The translations under genes were made by a program, and so were the position numbers. Shown here piece by piece: positions 1 through 12,116 of a DNA stretch of 64,000 nucleotides. Under the pieces are notes generated by a model that did not search any database, was not told where the DNA came from, and worked only from the letters and a program-made list of their open reading frames with translations. This stretch comes from Folioceros fuciformis (lineage: Eukaryota). Each line of letters opens with the position of its first letter. Position 1 is the first letter of the stretch. The stretch is from NCBI GenBank assembly GCA_049999805.1, contig JBNGIO010004579.1:1-64000 (forward strand). Reading direction: 5' to 3'.

Positions 1-1055
1 CTACATCTTTTGACTCCTGATGCCCTTGCCATTTACACTGATGGTTCTCTTCTGGATGGTCATGTGGGGGGCACGACTGTTTTCTACTTCAATGGGGATA
101 TTGTCCATCAATTATCTTTTGGTTTAGAAACATACTACGGGGTTTATGAGGCAGAACTCCTTTCTGTGGTCAAAGCAATTTCATGCCTGCCCACCCTCTT
201 TGCTTCCATCCCCAGGATTTCATCAATTATAATTTTCCTTGATAATCAAGCAGCTATCATGTCTTTAATGGACACTTCGGCTCGCCCAGCCCAAGCCATA
301 TCTCTCCAAGCTAGGACATCTCTCCATGCCTTCTCGGTTGCTCATCCGGAGGTTTCCCTTAATCTCCATTGGATTCCGGGCCATCACAATATAGTTGGTA
401 ATGAGCATGCAGATGTTACCGCCAAGGCTGCCACTCTTCTTCCCATTTCCTGCGAAGACCGGATCCTATCAGTGTTCAGAGCTCGCCAGCAAATTCATGC
501 TGCAAGACTACAGGAGTGGCATTTACGGTGGGTTTCCTCAACTAAGGCTTCTGCGCTTAAGAGGGTGGTGCTTGGTGGCCCTTCGGCCTCGGTGCTACAA
601 CGCCTTGGTCTCCATGACCGTAAGCTCTCATCATTTCTCACCCAGCTTCGGACTGGGCATACGGCTATTGGGGCTTACTTTAGGAGATTCAACATTGCAG
701 AGAATCCTTTTTGTCGGTAATGCAAGTCTTTAGAAGAAACTCGTCACCACATCCTTGGCTAGTGTATGGCCACTCGCAACACTTGGATCCAGATGTTTCA
801 AGGCTCTTACTACGATATCCGCCAACTTCTTAGTGTTCCCAAACTCATGGAAAAACTTCTCTCTTACTTCAAGACAATTGGCGATTACTTAACTTAGGCT
901 TATTGACATAGCTATCTAGATTTGCTATTTTGTTTGCTTTAATTCTCTTGCTTTCTTTCCCAAAGTGTCCATTGAATCATGTTTTTGATTCACTTTCCGG
1001 CGTCATAGCCTCAGCTGCATACTCCTAATGATAAATAAATAAATAAATAAATAAA
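1..1055 (+). mobile_element. 3' end of a decayed non-LTR retrotransposon (LINE): RNase H, C-terminal CCHC finger, 3' UTR and (TAAA)6 tail
   Basis: ORF 10-720 has non-LTR RNase HI motifs (IYTDGS, VYEAEL, IFLDNQAAI, LHWIPGH..GNEHAD) then LTQLRTGH. Reading through in-frame stops TAA 718-720 and TAG 760-762 gives C-x2-C-x8-H-x4-C (CR*CKSLEETRHHILG*C), ending at TAG 895-897. A (TAAA)6 tail lies at 1032-1055. Confidence 0.85.
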
Positions 1056-1458
1056 ACCCTAAACCCTTCTCGTTCGGCATATGAAAACCCAATGAATACA
1101 CCCGTATGGATTGAAGGTACGTATAGTATATACATACGTAGAGGTAAAAAAGCCAGAAATGGAACGTGTTTACATTGATTACTATAACTTATACCAAACG
1201 TGTTTTCTAACCCTAAAAAATGATTTTACCTCATTTTCTAATTGACGTTGTTCCAAGATTCAAGCGCCACGAAGCACAATGAGCACGTGGACGTCCCAGG
1301 TTTCAGCTGTGTCATCGGCGCTTCTTTTGCCGAGTTCCGCCCTGCGGTTTTGCCATATCCGAACCTTTCCAGGCTATCCAGGCCAACCCTAGGAGACTGT
1401 CTCTCCCTGAGCTCAGCCCGCCTGGCACTTTGGTGTTGGAATCTACAGTGTGCCTGCA

Positions 1459-2570
1459 ATGGCGTTGGCTTTGGCGCCAGGGTCGCGCCTTTGTCAGGGC
1501 CATCAACTGCAGGCCTGTGTTGCGAGCCCTACGTTCGGTAATGGCGGGTACTTGAGGACGAAATGCTCGGCCAGAACCCTCAAGGAGAGGCAAGGAAATT
1601 CGCTTAGGATTTCTAGTCTGTTCGGTGGCGGGAAGAAGTCTGAAGATGTCGAGAGTGCAGATGAGCAGAAGAAGAAGGTCTGCCATCCCGCAATGCTTCT
1701 GCACAGTCTTATGCAGTAGAATCTAGTTTCAGCCTTGACTGAATGTTGGTACCTGTGCAGGCAGGGCTGTTCGGGAATATGCAGGGCTTGTATGAAACGA
1801 TGAAAAAAGCACAGCAGGTAGTGCAGTCGGAAGCAGTTAAAGTTCAGAAGGAGCTTGCTGCGTAAGTCATCCACATCCATCTGTACTTGTGAACTGGCGA
1901 TCCCTGCAGTCGGGATTGTCGGGAGATTCCAGCTCTCCAGCTTTTTGTCCCCCGGTTTTGACACACCGATGGCGTGTACAGGATTACCCTGCATCTGCAA
2001 CCTTTCTGTACTTAGAGCTGGTTGAAACTCTCTTTTTGGATGTTGCAGTGCCGAGTTTGATGGATATTGCGACAATGAGCTTGTGAAGGTACGTACTGCC
2101 GTCTCTGCCACAGTCGGTTCGCATGGTGTAGAGAGCATTTCAAGTTTCAGTATCTCTGGCACTCCTCTGCAGGTCACCCTTTCTGGTAACCAAGAGCCCA
2201 TCCGCACTGAAATAACAGAAGCTGCCTTGGAGCAAGGAGCCGAGGTACTACTTCCACACAACCTTTCTTCCTTCATAGCAGGGGCTCGTGGTCGCTTGCT
2301 GTCACAGGGTGGGTGTGTCTGTGATACCAGTCGCGTAATCACCGTCTCGATTCTTTCCTGATGCAGAAACTCTCGACGCTGGTAACGCAAGCGTATAAGG
2401 ATGCCCATACAAAAAGTGTTACGGTATGGATTCACAGCCCTTCCGATTGTAATTTTTTCCGTAGTCCCCTTCGCTGAAAATTGTCGGTGTGTCTCCCTCG
2501 CTCATTGCAGGCCATGAAAGATCGCATGAAGGATCTTGCGGCAAGCCTGGGAATGCCTCCGAACCTCTGA
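1459..2570 (+). CDS. Plastid YbaB/EbfC-family nucleoid-associated protein (STIC2-like), about 6 exons
   Basis: Transit-peptide-like N-terminus, then spliced exons AGLFGNMQGLYETMKKAQQVVQSEAVKVQKELA / AEFDGYCDNELVK / VTLSGNQEPIRTEITEAALEQGAE / KLSTLVTQAYKDAHTKSV / AMKDRMKDLAASLGMPPNL*, separated by GT-AG introns. Confidence 0.9.
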
Positions 2571-2731
2571 AGTTTCCAGGATCTGCAATTTTGTATGATT
2601 AGCGCTCTGAGAGGCTCCGGAAGTGGGAGATGATTTATAGGTCTGGGACCTGCATTCATTTTTCTGTACAGCAAGGTACGGTGAGCTGTAAAATTTCGCG
2701 CCGATTAACCGATAACTATTGCGGCCTTCGA

Positions 2732-5700
2732 ATGGTTTTTCCAAATAAAGTGGCCTGTCGTAGGCTCGCCAAGTCTCACTGCAGCAGCAGTTGCCTTCAC
2801 GCCTACTGCGTCCCGACTAGGCATTCGTCGCATGGCTTTCGGCGATTAAATGGTTTCCCGAGCCTTCGTTCGCTACTCCATCTGAACGTGTTAGATAGCA
2901 CATACGCAGACGTTCTGGAGTACGAGGACAAAGACAAGTGGGAACCAATTGAAGCGGACAGGCATTTAACTCAATGCCTCCTGCACCGCAGCTTCAGTTG
3001 CGTGGATTGGTGCAATGGTTGGCGGTCTGCATTGCGTTGTATGGGTTCCGGCAGTCTGTTATCCGCAGATCAGCCGTGTGCTTGAAAGCCCAAGTTCTTA
3101 TCCCACCTCTTCTCGATTATCTGTCAGAGCAGGATCGTCGGTTTCCTCCACTTCCAGTAAGCTCGAATGATTCCACTTGTGCAAGGATTGGTTGCTTCCC
3201 TTTGTGTCTCATTCCTTCACAGATGAGGAAGATGTGGCGAGAAGAATCACCGTGGCTTCAAGTATCGGCAGCCTGGACCTGAGCGACTGTGGTGAGCACA
3301 TTTGGTTTCTGGAGCTGGTTCCTTGCTTCTGCATCAGTGGCTTCCAACCTTGGGATGGTGGGCAGGGCTCCTGGAAGTGCCATCTCAGGTCTTCCAACTC
3401 GGCGGCCTGGTTGATCTCTCGCTTGCCGGGAACAACATCGACCATTTGCCGGATGATATTCAGAACCTGCGCAATGTATGAGCCCTCCCTCATCCTGAAG
3501 CAAAGTTGGTTGTTGACTGTGAGAAGCCTCTGACCACTGAGTGCAGTTACGCAGACTGGGGCTCGCAGGAAATTTTCTCCGAGAGCTGCCACCCGCAATT
3601 GGAAAGCTTCGGCAACTTGAGGGCCTTTGGGTTCATGGCAACGCACTCCAGACTCTCCCAGATGAGGTGGGTTTCACACTGAAGAGGGGGAGCACTGGAT
3701 TCTGCTGAAGTCCGAAGGAATGCGTAGAGTTCTTCGGTCATGCAGCTCACAGCCACCTTCCTCATCGCAGATTGGTGAGCTCGGGCAGCTGCGAATGTTG
3801 GCTCTGGCAGGAAACAAACTGTCTGCTCTCCCCGAGACCATTGCCGGGCTACTCAATGTTCAGGTAACTCTGACCGACCTTAGTAGTGGATGAAGCGGGC
3901 CAACCATTTCACTCTTCGGAAGTGGTCAAAGCAATTTGCTCGAACGCCCCGTTGGTTGCAGACTCTATCAGTTGCAGGCAATCTTCTTCAAGAAATGCCT
4001 CGCGGTAGGTTCTTGCTGACGTTCACTGAAGCTCGTCACCAGATGTTCACTCAAGCTCGTTACCTCGCATGCTGAACCCGCTTAGGTTGGCCTCATGATG
4101 TTGCAGGAATATCATGTCTGCAAAAGCTCCGAGTATTGGCATTGTACGGAAACAAACTGTCTGCGATGCCAGAAAGCTTAACGCAACTGCACAGTTTGGA
4201 GGATCTATGGCTGCAGGTAAAGCCGTCCTCACGTCTTGGAGTTGAGGATCTGACAATGTTGCATTTCCCCCCTGGTTTCTGATACTCTTTGGACAGGGCA
4301 ATGATATAGAGCGGTTGCCCACGGACCTTAGCGGCTTGAAGTCCTTGAAGCAGTTTTCCCTGGCAGACAACATACTCAGCGACCTGCCCGACTCAATTGG
4401 GCAGCTTCGGACCCTTGAAACTCTATGGCTGTGAGTCCATGTTGTCTACTGATCGCTATAAGGGATTTGGTCTTGGTTGTCCACGTCGTTCATCAAATGT
4501 CCGTGCAGATATGGCAACATGTTGCAAAGAATACCGCCAAGCCTTGGATCTCTCAGCAAGCTGGCTCACCTCTGGCTGGAGGTAATGTGGAACCTCTCAG
4601 TCGTGATACCCCGTCTCTGTCCGTCTTAGATCTTCAATTCATACGTAATAGTGAATGCAGGGAAATCCCCTAGATGCAAGATCCTTGCAAGAGGCATTGC
4701 CAGGCTTAGCCCACTTGAAAAACGTCGGTGTCTCCTGTGATATCGTAAGTGCGCAAGAGAAGCAAGGTGTGAAGCATGGTCCTTCGCGTTTAATTGATAG
4801 CACTTGTGATAAAATGTTCAGCTTGCCGCAGGAACCTTGTGAGAAAAACCTTTCTGTATCGAAAATTGCTGGAAGTGGGTTAGCTCCCTCGTCAGGAGGG
4901 TACTTCAAGGTAGATCAATCAATCAATCTTGCTCGACAGGAATCCCTATCTGCAATACTCATTCCCTGAACTCGCCGCAGCTTTACAGCGAAGGGATCTG
5001 CAAAGTCGTCGTTGTCGCTTTCGGCAGTGCTCCCTGTGTGCCAAATTGGTTGGTTGCTTTGAACAAAGGTTTTAAAAAAAGGCTAGATTGCGCTGTCTCC
5101 ATGGTCACCAAGCTGGCTTTCATTGATTGCAGGGGGCGGCTGCTGCGGAAAGTGAGGAAATCCATGGAAGCTGGTGTTGTGGCTCCTTCCTTCGATATTC
5201 TGTACGTGGTGGACAGCTGCCGATCCTGGTACACCCACGATAGTTTCCAAAGACATGTGAAGTCGGTGACCTCGTCGGAAACGCAAGGAACAAGGATGAG
5301 ACCCGGCTGGTACTACAGGCAAGAGTTGAAGGCAGCTCTCAAGAAGTACGATAGGGTGCTCATGCTTGGTGATTCCATGGGCGCAAGTGCAGCTCTTCTT
5401 TTCTCAGATCTAGCCACATCAGTCATCGCACTGTGCCCCCAGGTCTGCACGGCAGTAGCCATTATCTGGTTTTGGCAGACCGCATATGCTGGGTTCATGA
5501 AGCAGCTGACTGACGCGCTTGTGTTCAGGTGGACTTGACCACGTCTTCTATAAGGCCTGGCGAGGATAAGCCGTGGCTGCAACAGTACAAGGAGGCAATA
5601 CTAGAGTCTGTCATGTCCTCAAGAGCTAAAATTGCAGTACACTGTGGAAGCTGGTCACATGACGTGGAGCAGGTGAAGATTTTGCCTTCCAACAAGGTTG

Positions 5701-5915
5701 GTCCCCTTCCTAACATGAATGACACAACCCCAGCCCCCTTCCCCAGCAGCTCTCATGCCGACTGGACTGGGATCTCGCAGGTGAATGTAGTGGCACACAA
5801 TGTGGATGATCATCGGCTGGCCAAGGAGCTGGACTCCGCTGGAACCCTGCTCTCTCTTGTACAATCCGAAATAGAACAGGAAATGAGGCAGTGTGTGGCC
5901 CACATCCCTCGCTGA
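2732..5915 (+). CDS. Multi-exon protein with leucine-rich repeats and a C-terminal alpha/beta-hydrolase-like domain (start codon uncertain)
   Basis: Short exons encode LRRs (LVDLSLAGNNIDHLP, LRRLGLAGNFLRELP, LEGLWVHGNALQTLP, LRMLALAGNKLSALP, LKQFSLADNILSDLP). Later exons give VVVVAFGSAP, DILYVVDSCRSWY and VLMLGDSMGASAALLF (GxSxG elbow). Stop at 5913-5915. Confidence 0.75.
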
Positions 5916-6027
5916 ATCTTTCTCCTAAACATGAAACAGCTCCTTCCGTCTGTCCCCCCAGAATGAACGCAATTGGCAGACAGAAATTCGCCACAAAACG
6001 CGATATGTTACAAATCAAAGGATGGGA

Positions 6028-6855
6028 CTAGCTCAGATCTCGGATCTTCCGGATGAGGCCCCCTCGACCAGGAAACATCCGATCCAGCTCCGCACCTGCA
6101 GCCTCAGCCGTGAGCCGAGGGCCCTTGCTCGATTCCACCCGTTCTCGTCTAATCTGCCGCCGCCGAAGCATCTCCTCCCGGAGACTACTCCCGGACTCAT
6201 CAGACTCCGCTTGCACCTGTTCCGCAGCACCACCGAGGCCATTATATCTTCCTCGAATCGCGGCGTGCATTTCCTGCAGCATCTTCTTACCACCCACTTT
6301 CCTCTTTTCCTTCGGCACATCGGGAGAAGCTGGGACCGGGGTCTGATGCTCAGGCTTCTTCAACCGAGGGATCCGGCCTCCCTCGGTTGTCCCGAGCAGC
6401 GCAATGTTCACCTTGCTCCAGCCCAGCTGATCATCCAAATCCCACCCGAATGCCAAGGCAGGAGCCAGCGCTGAAGTCCGCTTCCCCGTCAGCTGCTGCT
6501 GCAGCATGGCAACGCTCTGTCGAGTGTCCATGTGCTTCTCGATCTGCTCCCACTCCAACCTCTCTCGGTAGACAGGATCCTTGAGAACTTCCACGGCCCG
6601 CTCCCCCCACTCCGCGAGATCCCCGTTCAGGTTCGTCGACATCCACTTGAGATACCGCGATGGCAGCGTTCCCATCATGCTTCCCCGGAACTTGCCGAAT
6701 GGAAGCTCCATGTCTCTGGCCGCTGGTGGCTCATTCCTTCTCCGACCCACAACCTGCAGGCGTATTTGCTGCCGCACTGGCAATGCCTGCATCTCCAGCT
6801 TCAACGATGGAATCCCCGGCGTGAAGGGACGATGCAATGCCAGGGCCGCAGCCAT
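6028..6855 (-). CDS. Single-exon, probably plastid-targeted protein with an LPFGKFRG...LPSRYLKW motif (DUF3820 / exonuclease X C-terminal-like)
   Basis: 275-aa ATG-initiated ORF with a transit-peptide-like N-terminus and the motif ARDMELPFGKFRGSMMGTLPSRYLKWMS. Confidence 0.7.
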   Translation of the reverse strand: MAAALALHRPFTPGIPSLKLEMQALPVRQQIRLQVVGRRRNEPPAARDMELPFGKFRGSMMGTLPSRYLKWMSTNLNGDLAEWGERAVEVLKDPVYRERLEWEQIEKHMDTRQSVAMLQQQLTGKRTSALAPALAFGWDLDDQLGWSKVNIALLGTTEGGRIPRLKKPEHQTPVPASPDVPKEKRKVGGKKMLQEMHAAIRGRYNGLGGAAEQVQAESDESGSSLREEMLRRRQIRRERVESSKGPRLTAEAAGAELDRMFPGRGGLIRKIRDLS

Positions 6856-7067
6856 TGTTTCTGGCCACCTTCGGGACGTCCTCCCTCACATCCGCCAAGC
6901 CGCTTCCTTTGCTTCGCAGGGTGATGAGCGTGGGGTGCGGGCGAGCACCTTGGTAACATAACGACCGTTCTGACAGAGAAGTACCCTAATAGATAAAGTC
7001 TGGCTGCCTACCACTCGCAATCGCTGAAACGAGGGAACTCGCTGGGGCTTGCAATTGTCTGTGGCTA

Positions 7068-9472
7068 ATGGGGGAAGGAGGAGACGTTGCTGCGGAGTCT
7101 GCGGAGGCGGAGCGTGAAGGTGTGAGATTCTTGGCGGTAATTCAGAGTTCTGGAACGGGATTGCGTGTTTCTCATGCTGGGGTGGACAATGCAGTCCTGG
7201 AGGAGGAGGTTGGGAAGATGCAGGATGCAGCAGGGCCGGATGGAGAGGCTGGTTCTGCGGAAGGCGTGATACTGCAGCGGGCACCTGATGAAGAACCGTT
7301 TCGGCATGAAGCCGTGGTTGAGGCCGCAAGTGGAGAGGAGGAGGGAGGAGGTATTGTGCTAGAAAGAGTTTCTTCGGAGACACAGTTCGTGATACATTCG
7401 GAGGGAGCAGTAGAAGCTGAAGCAGCTGGAGCATGTGATATAGGTTTCGAGGGGGAATTGGGGAATTCTGACGTTCTTGATGGAGGGAGTGATGGAGGAG
7501 AGGTCTTAGAAGGTGTTATTCTGGCAAGATCACCAGCCGATGGAGATTTTATGTCGGAGGTGCTTGTAGAACAGGAAAACGGGAAGGATCTCTACGGCAA
7601 TCAGATCGTCATGGAGAGAGTTGTGGAAGACCCTTTTAAGATCACTTTAGGGGATGCAGATGGAGGAGCTTCTGCGATGGAGCTGGATGGTTCGGTTGAC
7701 TCGGAGTTGGATGGGATCAAGGCGGATGATAAGTCTGAGAAGAAGAGACCCAGGGAGGAGACGGAGGACCCGAGGGAACCAGCGGACGTGGGAGGTACTT
7801 CGAGTCTTCGGTGCATGGGTGTAGGGAGATCTTTTGATGGTGCAAAGGTGACTGACGATGTTGTTGTCGTGTAGAGATGGTAGTGGATGCTAGTACAGGA
7901 GCACAAGGTGATGGTGAAAAGGATTCGAGAAAGAGAGTGAAACAACATGCAACTGGAATAGATGGGGGTGCATCGAATAACCACGGTGTTCAGATGCCCG
8001 AGAATGAGAATTGCGCACAGGTGGAAAATACGGATATAGTTTCTCTCGAGGAGGGTGCTAAGCAAGATGAGCAAGCAGAATGCAAGCCACGAAGGTTCAA
8101 GAAACGGAAAGTCGCTTTGATGGTGGCGTACAGTGGAGTTGGGTATCAAGGCATGCAGAGAAACCCTGGTGCCATCACTATAGAAGGCGAATTGGAAGAA
8201 GCTCTTTTCAGAGCTGGGGCAATTGCTGAGAGTACTTTTGGAGATCCTAGAAAGGTTGACTGGATGAGAGCTGCACGAACCGATAAGGGTGTCAGTGCTG
8301 TTGGCCAGGTAGTTTCAGGGAAGTTTTTCATTGATCCTCCAGGGCTTGTGGAGAGAGTAAATAGTTATCTCCCTAAGCAGATTCGGGTCCTGGGTTACAA
8401 GAGGGTGATACATACGTTCAGTGCCAAGAATCTTTGTGACCGGAGGAGGTATGAGTATGTCCTTCCCGTTTTTGCATTTGACCCCCGAGTTCATCAGTAC
8501 AGAGATGATGGGTTGGTGGATGAAAAAGGGTTGATTCAAGATGCAGCACATGCGAGTGTGAAATCCTCTGAAAATGGAGATGCACTTGTGCACATTGATC
8601 TAAAGGAGATAAAGACGACTGCGGTGGATGGTTCAGCAGAGATTGCTGATACAGATACTGACTGTTCAGAGCTCAAGACAGCCGGCCTTGCCCTGGATGG
8701 TGGCTCTACTGTCCTGCAGGTAGCTAAGGCAGAGCTGGGGACTGCTGAGGTTAATCAGCTTAGTTCTCCTCTTAGCCAATCGAATGGCATGACAGGCAGC
8801 CAGGAGAACTCTTTCAAGTTTGATGACGAAGTGCGCAACCGGCTCAACTGGGTACTTCAGAACTATGTAGGAACGCATAATTTTCACAACTTTACGTCTC
8901 GCATCAAGGCCGAGGATCCCAGTGCTAGAAGATATATTGTGTCATTTAAGGCCGATAAGGTGTTCGAGATTGATGGGTTGGAGTTCGTTAGCTGTGTTGT
9001 TGTGGGACAAAGTTTCATGCTTCATCAAATACGGAAAATGATAGGGCTGGCAGTGGCGGTCATGCGCAACTGTTTACCTGCCTCTGTTTTTGAAACCGCA
9101 CTGAGCAAGTAAGTCGTTTGTTCTTTGTTAGGGTTGGCATGCTACTCTCAGGATTTCCTCAGTGTTGTTTACGCGCTTACTCTCTATTTTATGTGTCACA
9201 GAGATGTCAACTTCAATGTGCCGATGGCCCCCGAGGTTGGCCTGTTTTTAGATGAGTGCATGTACCCAGCTTACAACTCACGATTTTATGGGACTCATGA
9301 GGAGATCTCCCTCAAGGATTACAGAAAGGAGATCGATGACTTCAAGCAAGAGTTCATCTACAAGCAAATTGCGAGATCCGAAGTCAAGGATCGAGTGGTT
9401 GCTTTGTGGCTTCAATCTCTGAACGACCGTAACTTCCCGCATTTTGTTTCAGCAAGGGAGCAGGGATCATAG
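7068..9472 (+). CDS. tRNA pseudouridine synthase (TruA/Pus1 family) with a long acidic N-terminal extension; 3 exons
   Basis: Motifs KRKVALMVAYSGVGYQGMQ, RAARTDKGVSAVGQ (catalytic Asp), YVGTHNFHNFT and GQSFMLHQIRKMIG. Intron 7795-7874 (GTACTT...CTGAC...GTAG) joins the two ORFs in frame; second intron about 9109-9201. Confidence 0.93.
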
Positions 9473-9999
9473 CTTGGCAAAAGGAGATAGGTGCTTAGTG
9501 ATTTGAATTACTGCAGCAGCTTGGCACCCTGGCCAACTATTGGAGCTAACATGCTGAAATGGCCTGAGCGGATGGGGGTTCTCTCAAGAACTAGGGGTTT
9601 CCGAGTCGGTCTTCCAACCCCAGACGAGGGTGGCAAGGAAGTTTGTTGCTCACCGCCAGTTTTGCTCCCTTCGAATGTGAAGGGTGTCCCACGCTTAGAC
9701 TTTCGGAGGTTGAATATGATTCCTGATACCAAATTACCAGGTTCAGGACACTCTAAGCTTTCAAAGGCTTTGCGGTCAGGTGGGCTTGGTGTGGTGCCAA
9801 AATCCTTCGGTACTTTCTGTGAATCCCGTCATCCGAATGTCGTTTGGGTCTGGGAATCTGCCTATCTGACAATGAGAGCCCGTTGTTACACCAGTGGATC
9901 ACTCGGTCAATTCAAAATGGACGGCGGTGCCTGGGAAGTTGACGCCAGGAGACCACTCCCTAACCCTAAATGGTGGCCAACGGGTTAGAGCCGGTCAGG

Positions 10000-12116
10000 C
10001 TATAGAATCCAGTTGCACGTTTTGAATCCCTGGTGGTCGGTGAACGTGATCCAAGCCTGACCCAAGCGGCCGCCTCGCCTCATGTCAGCAGCCCGACCAC
10101 AAGTTCCTACTTTCGGGGAACCCAAAACCAAGGACGCAAAATGCTGCCACATTGGCGCGTCCCACAGCGGCTGTAGCCGCAATGCCGGCATGTGGCGAAC
10201 CAAGTCCCTGGCAAGCAGCAGCCACATTCTAATCCGCTCGTCATCGTCTCTCGTCAGCTCCACAGTGCGGTTGTGGACATGGTACATCTTGCAAAGCGGG
10301 TGACCCATGCACTGGTGTGACGACACGTTCGCGTACTTGTCGTCCAGCCACTGGACAGAGCCGCGCTCCAGGCGCATTCCCATGTAGATCAGCCCCGACG
10401 CCATGGCCTGCTCCTCGTACATGTGGTGCACCACTTTGAAGGGAATCAGCTCCACCAGCACAGTGTCCTTGCGCTGCATCAGGGACGGGTTGAGCAGATT
10501 GGCGCCGTGCAGAGAGACGCTGATCCCCGCGTCCTTCATCAGGGCCACCTGCTGCCAGAAGTCCATTCCCACCAGCTCCACTGCTCGCCAGTACAGGCCC
10601 GTCGATGCGACAGCGGAAAGCATGGCCCGTGCGCTGGCTGGATCGAATTGCCGCCGCTTGAATGTCCCCGTGTTGTTGCGTAGGATGTAGAGAAGGTGGA
10701 TCGAAGGATCGAAGAGGGGGCCTGATGGCGGCATCAAGCGCTGGTGTATTGCCGGTGCCGCCTGCCTGTACAGTCTCCTGCGCATCTGGTCCGCTGTAGC
10801 CACTCCTCCTGGCCAGTAGCTTGTCTGAGAGCAACAGCACATCCAAAAGCGTGGATCAACACAAAGATAATATCTGGATCATGATTCTGCTGTCCAACAT
10901 CTCTTGGAATGGTTCAGAAACAAAACAGTTTCCAACAATACAAGCAGGATCCTGCAGGGAAGACTCTGTTCGATGGCATCATGAGCAATAAACAGACGAC
11001 AAAGCAATGTGAAGAGAATTCACCTTGAGAATGCCTGGTAAAAGAGCTTTCTGAAAACAGACTGGTTGTTGCTCGCTTGCGTCTGCGATTGATCCATTGA
11101 ATTCCACTCTCCCGGCAGCAGCACTCCTTGCTCCAAGGATGTGGCTAGGAGGTATCCTCCATCCTTCCAAAGGCCGCATGTTCACCAGGCCCAGCACTTC
11201 TGCCAGGTATGTAGCATGGTACGGATGTGCAACTCCCCGGGATAGGACGTCAGGCTCCAAGTACTGCCCCAGGCCTTCCGGCGCAATGCGGAAGAGGAAG
11301 CGGGAGATGACGTCAGAAAAGGCCGGCAAAGTTGCTTGGTTCATGAGCAACAGCACATTCACTCGAGCGTGGAGGTGAGCAACATTTGTTGTGGCTCTTT
11401 CCAGGTTGATGAGACAGGAGGTTCCATTGTGCCAGGTTACATTCCTGTCATGGAGCCACTCCAAAGGTCTCTCTGTGACAGGCCCGAATCCGGTTTCCCG
11501 AGCTTTGCTGTGGTCCTGCCAATACTGCCTGAGGTTGCACGAGACGGGCGCCACAGGCCCGTCGGGGAAGAAGCTGGTACCATGTCGACACGTTTGTTTT
11601 CCTGCAGCTTGCACACACGAGTGTCACAGATTATGGACGTGGAAATCGTGCCGACATTTCTGCGGATGTCGACCGGACTGTTGAGGTTTTCCAAAAGGCT
11701 ACTGACCGGGAGGACGCACCGAGCACTACAAGTTTAGAGCCGTTGAAGCAGACATTCCTGAACTCCCAGAAGCGCTGGCTTCTAGCCTGGTCGTCTTTCA
11801 AGGAATAAATCGCCAAATCTGAGTTTCTCCTCGCGAAGTCGGGATCTAAGCTCGCGAAGTAGCGGGCTTCCTCTTGCAAAGCGTCCGAATCAACTGCTTG
11901 AACAGGACTGCTGTGTTCTTCTCGCAGAGAAGAGCACCAAGTCTCGAAGCCTCGTCGAGGGAGTCCGACGCGGACCACGCTGATGGAACCCAACAAGCAC
12001 AGGCAGAGCGTGGCAAGAAGCCACGCGATTGTAACGCCAGCAGGAATGCATTTGCGTCCTCGGTGCCAAGGGAATCTGCGCATGGCTGCACGCTGCAACG
12101 GGCTGCCTTTAGCCAT
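10000..12116 (-). CDS. Glycosyltransferase family 61 (DUF563)-like type II membrane protein; 3 exons
   Basis: N-terminal hydrophobic anchor (VTIAWLLATLCLCLLGSISVV), FRNVCFN, PVCFQKALL, and the GT61-type C-terminus FWQQVALMKDAGISVSLHGANLLN...VLVELIP. GT-AG introns connect the three ORF segments in frame. Confidence 0.75.

Noticed and set aside
2962-3068. Possible GC-AG intron in the LRR gene
   Set aside because: The frame fits, but the donor context (GCATTT) is weak and a GT donor near 3010 also fits; cDNA is needed to decide.
7068-7877. Apparent stop or frameshift between the 268-aa and 411-aa ORFs
   Set aside because: Explained by a canonical 80-nt intron (7795-7874) with a CTGAC branch motif.
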